From the IMG/VR virus record IMGVR_UViG_3300022516_000001: a stretch of 20,000 nt of DNA. One strand, given 5' to 3'. Below, piece by piece: positions 17,623 through 20,000 of the stretch. Every line of letters starts with the position of its first letter. Positions within the stretch are counted from its first letter, which is position 1. The notes beneath the pieces were generated by a model. It searched no databases. It had not been told where the DNA came from and saw nothing but the letters and a program-made list of their open reading frames with translations. The DNA is from an uncultured virus (IMG/VR IMGVR_UViG_3300022516_000001). Its lineage: Duplodnaviria; Heunggongvirae; Uroviricota; Caudoviricetes. Made by a program: the position numbers and the translations under genes.

Positions 17623-17919
17623 ATGAAAAAATTTGAAGTAGAAGCAACTGGTCTAGTTTCTTTATTTATAGATAATGTAGAAGCTGAAAATAAAGAAATT
17701 GCCAATGGAAAAGTATTAGAATTACTTGGATGCGAACCTAATGAATTAGGTGGTTATTCTGTTACTTTTGAAAATATAAGACTTCCAAATGGAATTGTTT
17801 TAGATGAATTAAGTATGTGTTTTAAAACATTTGTAGAACCAAATGATATCGTTAAAGATTTAAATGAATGTTTTAATACTGACGAAATTGAAGAAAATGA
17901 CGAAGTGTCATACAATTAA
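17623..17919 (+). CDS. Hypothetical acidic protein
   Basis: Start moved to ATG 17623 (AAAAATTATG), downstream of the promoter. Confidence 0.7.
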   Translation: MKKFEVEATGLVSLFIDNVEAENKEIANGKVLELLGCEPNELGGYSVTFENIRLPNGIVLDELSMCFKTFVEPNDIVKDLNECFNTDEIEENDEVSYN

Positions 17920-17928
17920 AATAATAAT

Positions 17929-18129
17929 ATGAAAATAAAATTTGGCGATAAATTAAAATGTTTAAAAACAATATATAATATTTTTCAAATGCCATTATTT
18001 ATCGAAAATGACAATTATGAAGTATTAGGCATTGATGAAGATGATATAACATTAAATCATATATTATATGGTAATGAATATTGTAGTTATAATATAAACT
18101 TTATTTTAGAAAATTTTGAAAAACAATGA
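17929..18129 (+). CDS. Hypothetical protein
   Basis: 66 aa; KFGDKLKC start, FILENFEK end. Confidence 0.7.
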   Translation: MKIKFGDKLKCLKTIYNIFQMPLFIENDNYEVLGIDEDDITLNHILYGNEYCSYNINFILENFEKQ

Positions 18130-18181
18130 TTTAAAATAAATTATAAGTATTTAAAGAAAAATTAATTTAATTATTATTAAA

Positions 18182-18388
18182 ATGGAAATCGTAAAAGTTT
18201 ATTCGCCAATAGAAGATAAAAATATTCAAAAGAATCTTCAAAAATCAGAAATATGGACTAATGCCCATCATTTTGATGAGCTTACTGATACACAAATAAA
18301 ATATGGTAATATGTTTGAATACACCATAAAATTTGATGGATTACGACCAATAGTAGTCAATAAAGTAAGAAAATTACAAAACAAATAA
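18182..18388 (+). CDS. Hypothetical protein
   Basis: 68 aa ORF. Confidence 0.65.
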   Translation: MEIVKVYSPIEDKNIQKNLQKSEIWTNAHHFDELTDTQIKYGNMFEYTIKFDGLRPIVVNKVRKLQNK

Positions 18389-18428
18389 GTAATTATACTT
18401 TTAAACATACTATTTATAGTAAAATAAT

Positions 18429-18635
18429 ATGAAGATAATTCCATATAAAATGAAAGTGTTGAGGATTTTGATGTTCGCAATGTATTTCTTAATTTATGGA
18501 TACTCGATGTCAAAAACCACAATTGAACCAAACCGTCCTGTTTGGGGATATATATGCGCATTAGTATTTTTAATGTTATCTATATGGGGTATTGTAATTT
18601 TCATTAAAAATAATAAAGATAATGGAACTATTTAA
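18429..18635 (+). CDS. Small 2-TM membrane protein
   Basis: Two hydrophobic helices; TATTTATA at 18411-18418 upstream. Confidence 0.65.
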   Translation: MKIIPYKMKVLRILMFAMYFLIYGYSMSKTTIEPNRPVWGYICALVFLMLSIWGIVIFIKNNKDNGTI

Positions 18636-18747
18636 TTCTTTATATTTTTGTATTGGTGTTACTTTTGGTGCAGTTCTCATGTACTTATTAATTTTTATTG
18701 ATAAAATTTGGATTAAAATAATGAAGTTTTTTCATAAAAAACGTTAA
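18622..18747 (+). CDS. 41-aa single-TM protein (not in ORF track)
   Basis: MELFNSLYFCIGVTFGAVLMYLLIFIDKIWIKIMKFFHKKR. Confidence 0.55.
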   Translation: MELFNSLYFCIGVTFGAVLMYLLIFIDKIWIKIMKFFHKKR

Positions 18748-18748
18748 T

Positions 18749-18791
18749 TTTTGTAACAAAATGCTAATTAGAACGTATTAATGTAGTATTG
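18749..18791 (+). repeat. Direct repeat copy 1 containing ECF-like promoter GTAAC-N16-CGTA
   Basis: TTTTGTAACAAAATGCTAATTAGAACGTATTAATGTAGTATTG; identical to 19541-19582 except one extra T. Confidence 0.9.
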
Positions 18792-18812
18792 GTTATACAA
18801 AACAAATTTAAA

Positions 18813-19051
18813 ATGGACTTTAAAAACAAGTATCTGAACTGAAAATAGTAACAGCAACAAAGCCGAGAGTGTATTTACAATGGATTAATACTGAAAAAGG
18901 TAGAGATAAACACGATTGTTATGAAAGAATTGAAGATGTTTACACTAGATATGTAAATACATATAATCCATCAATGATAGTAATTCAAGGAAATAAGTTT
19001 TTTAAAGACCTTGAAGAAATGTATCAGAGTGCGTTGGCAAATGAACGCTAA
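18813..19051 (+). pseudogene. Cassette A ORF, probably frameshifted near its start (or GTG start at 18869)
   Basis: ATG 18813 has a typical leader but is out of frame; one extra A in TTTAAAAAC gives MDFKKQVSELKIV...ALANER; the stop TAA lies inside the attC-like TAAC. Confidence 0.5.
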
Positions 19052-19138
19052 CGGTTGTGTGTATGAAACGTTGCCACGCACGACACTTGATATAAGCCAG
19101 AAACCTTAATTGGCTATGTTTTATACACGTTGTTATAC
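19046..19138 (+). repeat. attC-like recombination hairpin 1
   Basis: CTAACG...GTGTATGAAACGTTGCCA / TGGCTATGTTTTATACAC...TGTTATAC. Confidence 0.75.
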
Positions 19139-19222
19139 ACAGTACGGTTTATTAAAGTAAAATGTTGATATGAAAAACGAACAAAAACTTTTTAAGAATA
19201 ATTATAAATAAAATTGAATATT

Positions 19223-19537
19223 ATGAAAAATGAAGTAAAAAATGGTAAATTAATTTTGGGAAGTTTTATTTTCAGAATAAATTTTAATGAAAATCCAACT
19301 CTTGTTATCGAAGAAAAAATAAATGATAATGGAACAAAACAATTTACAGGTAAATCAAAATGGAATCCATTTAAATTTATTGTCGTTGGTGAAAATAACA
19401 TTGAAGGAAAATATGAGTTATTTGATAGTGCTTTTATAATTCCAAATGATAATACTAATATATGGAAATTACATAAATGTCAAATTAATTTAAATTTTAA
19501 TGAAATTAATTTTGAACGTTGTGAACATATTAATTAA
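19223..19537 (+). CDS. Cassette B ORF, hypothetical protein
   Basis: 104 aa from ATG 19223; lies between hairpins 1 and 2. Confidence 0.7.
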   Translation: MKNEVKNGKLILGSFIFRINFNENPTLVIEEKINDNGTKQFTGKSKWNPFKFIVVGENNIEGKYELFDSAFIIPNDNTNIWKLHKCQINLNFNEINFERCEHIN

Positions 19538-19540
19538 AAA

Positions 19541-19582
19541 TTTTGTAACAAAATGCTAATTAGAACGTATAATGTAGTATTG
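19541..19582 (+). repeat. Direct repeat copy 2, fused to the left end of attC-like hairpin 2
   Basis: TTTTGTAACAAAATGCTAATTAGAACGTATAATGTAGTATTG. Confidence 0.9.
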
Positions 19583-19583
19583 T

Positions 19584-19674
19584 GTATAACGGTGGCGGTA
19601 TGAAACGTGCCGATGTAGAACGTTTCAAATTATACACAGGCTTGTCACGGCATGTTTTATACCGTGTGTTATAG
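19584..19674 (+). repeat. attC-like recombination hairpin 2
   Basis: ATAACG...CGGTATGAAACGTGCCG / CGGCATGTTTTATACCG...TGTTATAG. Confidence 0.8.
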
Positions 19675-19692
19675 CCAGTTAATTTTTAAATT

Positions 19693-19875
19693 ATGAAAAA
19701 AGTTTTTAATAGAGATGGTAAATATGTTGTAAGATTTGCTGCCGATGCAAAAGAGCAAATTCAAAAATGGCTTGGTGAAAACTGCCCTTATGATTTTGCT
19801 GTAAAATTTGCAAAAGAAGTCGATTGCCCTGTTTTCGGTAAAGCATTAGAGTTTCCTTGTGTGGTAGTTTTTTAA
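19693..19875 (+). CDS. Cassette C ORF, hypothetical protein
   Basis: 60 aa; fills the space between hairpins 2 and 3. Confidence 0.75.
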   Translation: MKKVFNRDGKYVVRFAADAKEQIQKWLGENCPYDFAVKFAKEVDCPVFGKALEFPCVVVF

Positions 19876-19879
19876 TTGG

Positions 19880-20000
19880 CTATAACGGCTGCGTGTAGCA
19901 TATCGTTGCGGATTTTGAAACACTAAGCTATCAAAACGAGATGAATTTAATTAGTAGCACAAATAATAAATAACCTGCTAACACCGCAATGGATGCTACA
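19880..20000 (+). repeat. attC-like recombination hairpin 3 (runs off window)
   Basis: ATAACG...TGTAGCATATCGTTGCGG / CCGCAATGGATGCTACA at the window end. Confidence 0.75.

Noticed and set aside
18818..18827. Programmed -1 frameshift site
   Set aside because: The in-frame heptamer is T AAA AAC, not a canonical X XXY YYZ, and I see no downstream stimulatory structure.
18749..20000. CRISPR array
   Set aside because: Repeats are not identical, the intervals are hundreds of bases and contain ORFs, and there are no cas genes; TnpB is not evidence of Cas12 here.
19046..20000. Hairpins as simple rho-independent terminators
   Set aside because: Long variable loops and no U-tracts; terminators would not explain the cross-complementarity of cassette ends.
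1..20000. Stop-codon reassignment
   Set aside because: Genes are full length and tightly packed under the standard code; TAG (13028) and TGA serve as real stops.
1..20000. tRNA or rRNA genes
   Set aside because: No cloverleaf with a T-loop consensus and no GC-rich rRNA-like tract was seen in the short intergenic regions.

Overview
Very AT-rich, gene-dense segment that reads as the accessory region of a large phage, probably infecting Bacteroidota (TAnnTTTG promoters, A-rich leaders without Shine-Dalgarno; inference). The + strand carries a Thg1-like guanylyltransferase (truncated by the window edge), a membrane protein, a soluble AAA+/M41 protease, a PTH2-like hydrolase, an MmcB-like nuclease, a Nudix hydrolase, a Dda-like helicase, NADAR, an HD protein and many small hypotheticals. 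The only credible - strand genes are selfish nucleases and their partners: two paralogous RHH + GIY-YIG/NUMOD3 modules and a solo, catalytically intact TnpB. All three sit behind the same GTATTTAT motif. The most striking feature is at ~18.75-20 kb: three attC-like hairpins (TAACG...TGTTA) separating single small ORFs, with each cassette's two ends complementary to each other. This is an integron-like cassette array in a phage context, with no integrase in the window and a top-strand G-T wobble bias. Also seen: a degenerate pseudoknotted hammerhead-like RNA, a kinase gene remnant and a second orphan TnpB right end. All family assignments come from motif recognition, not database searches.
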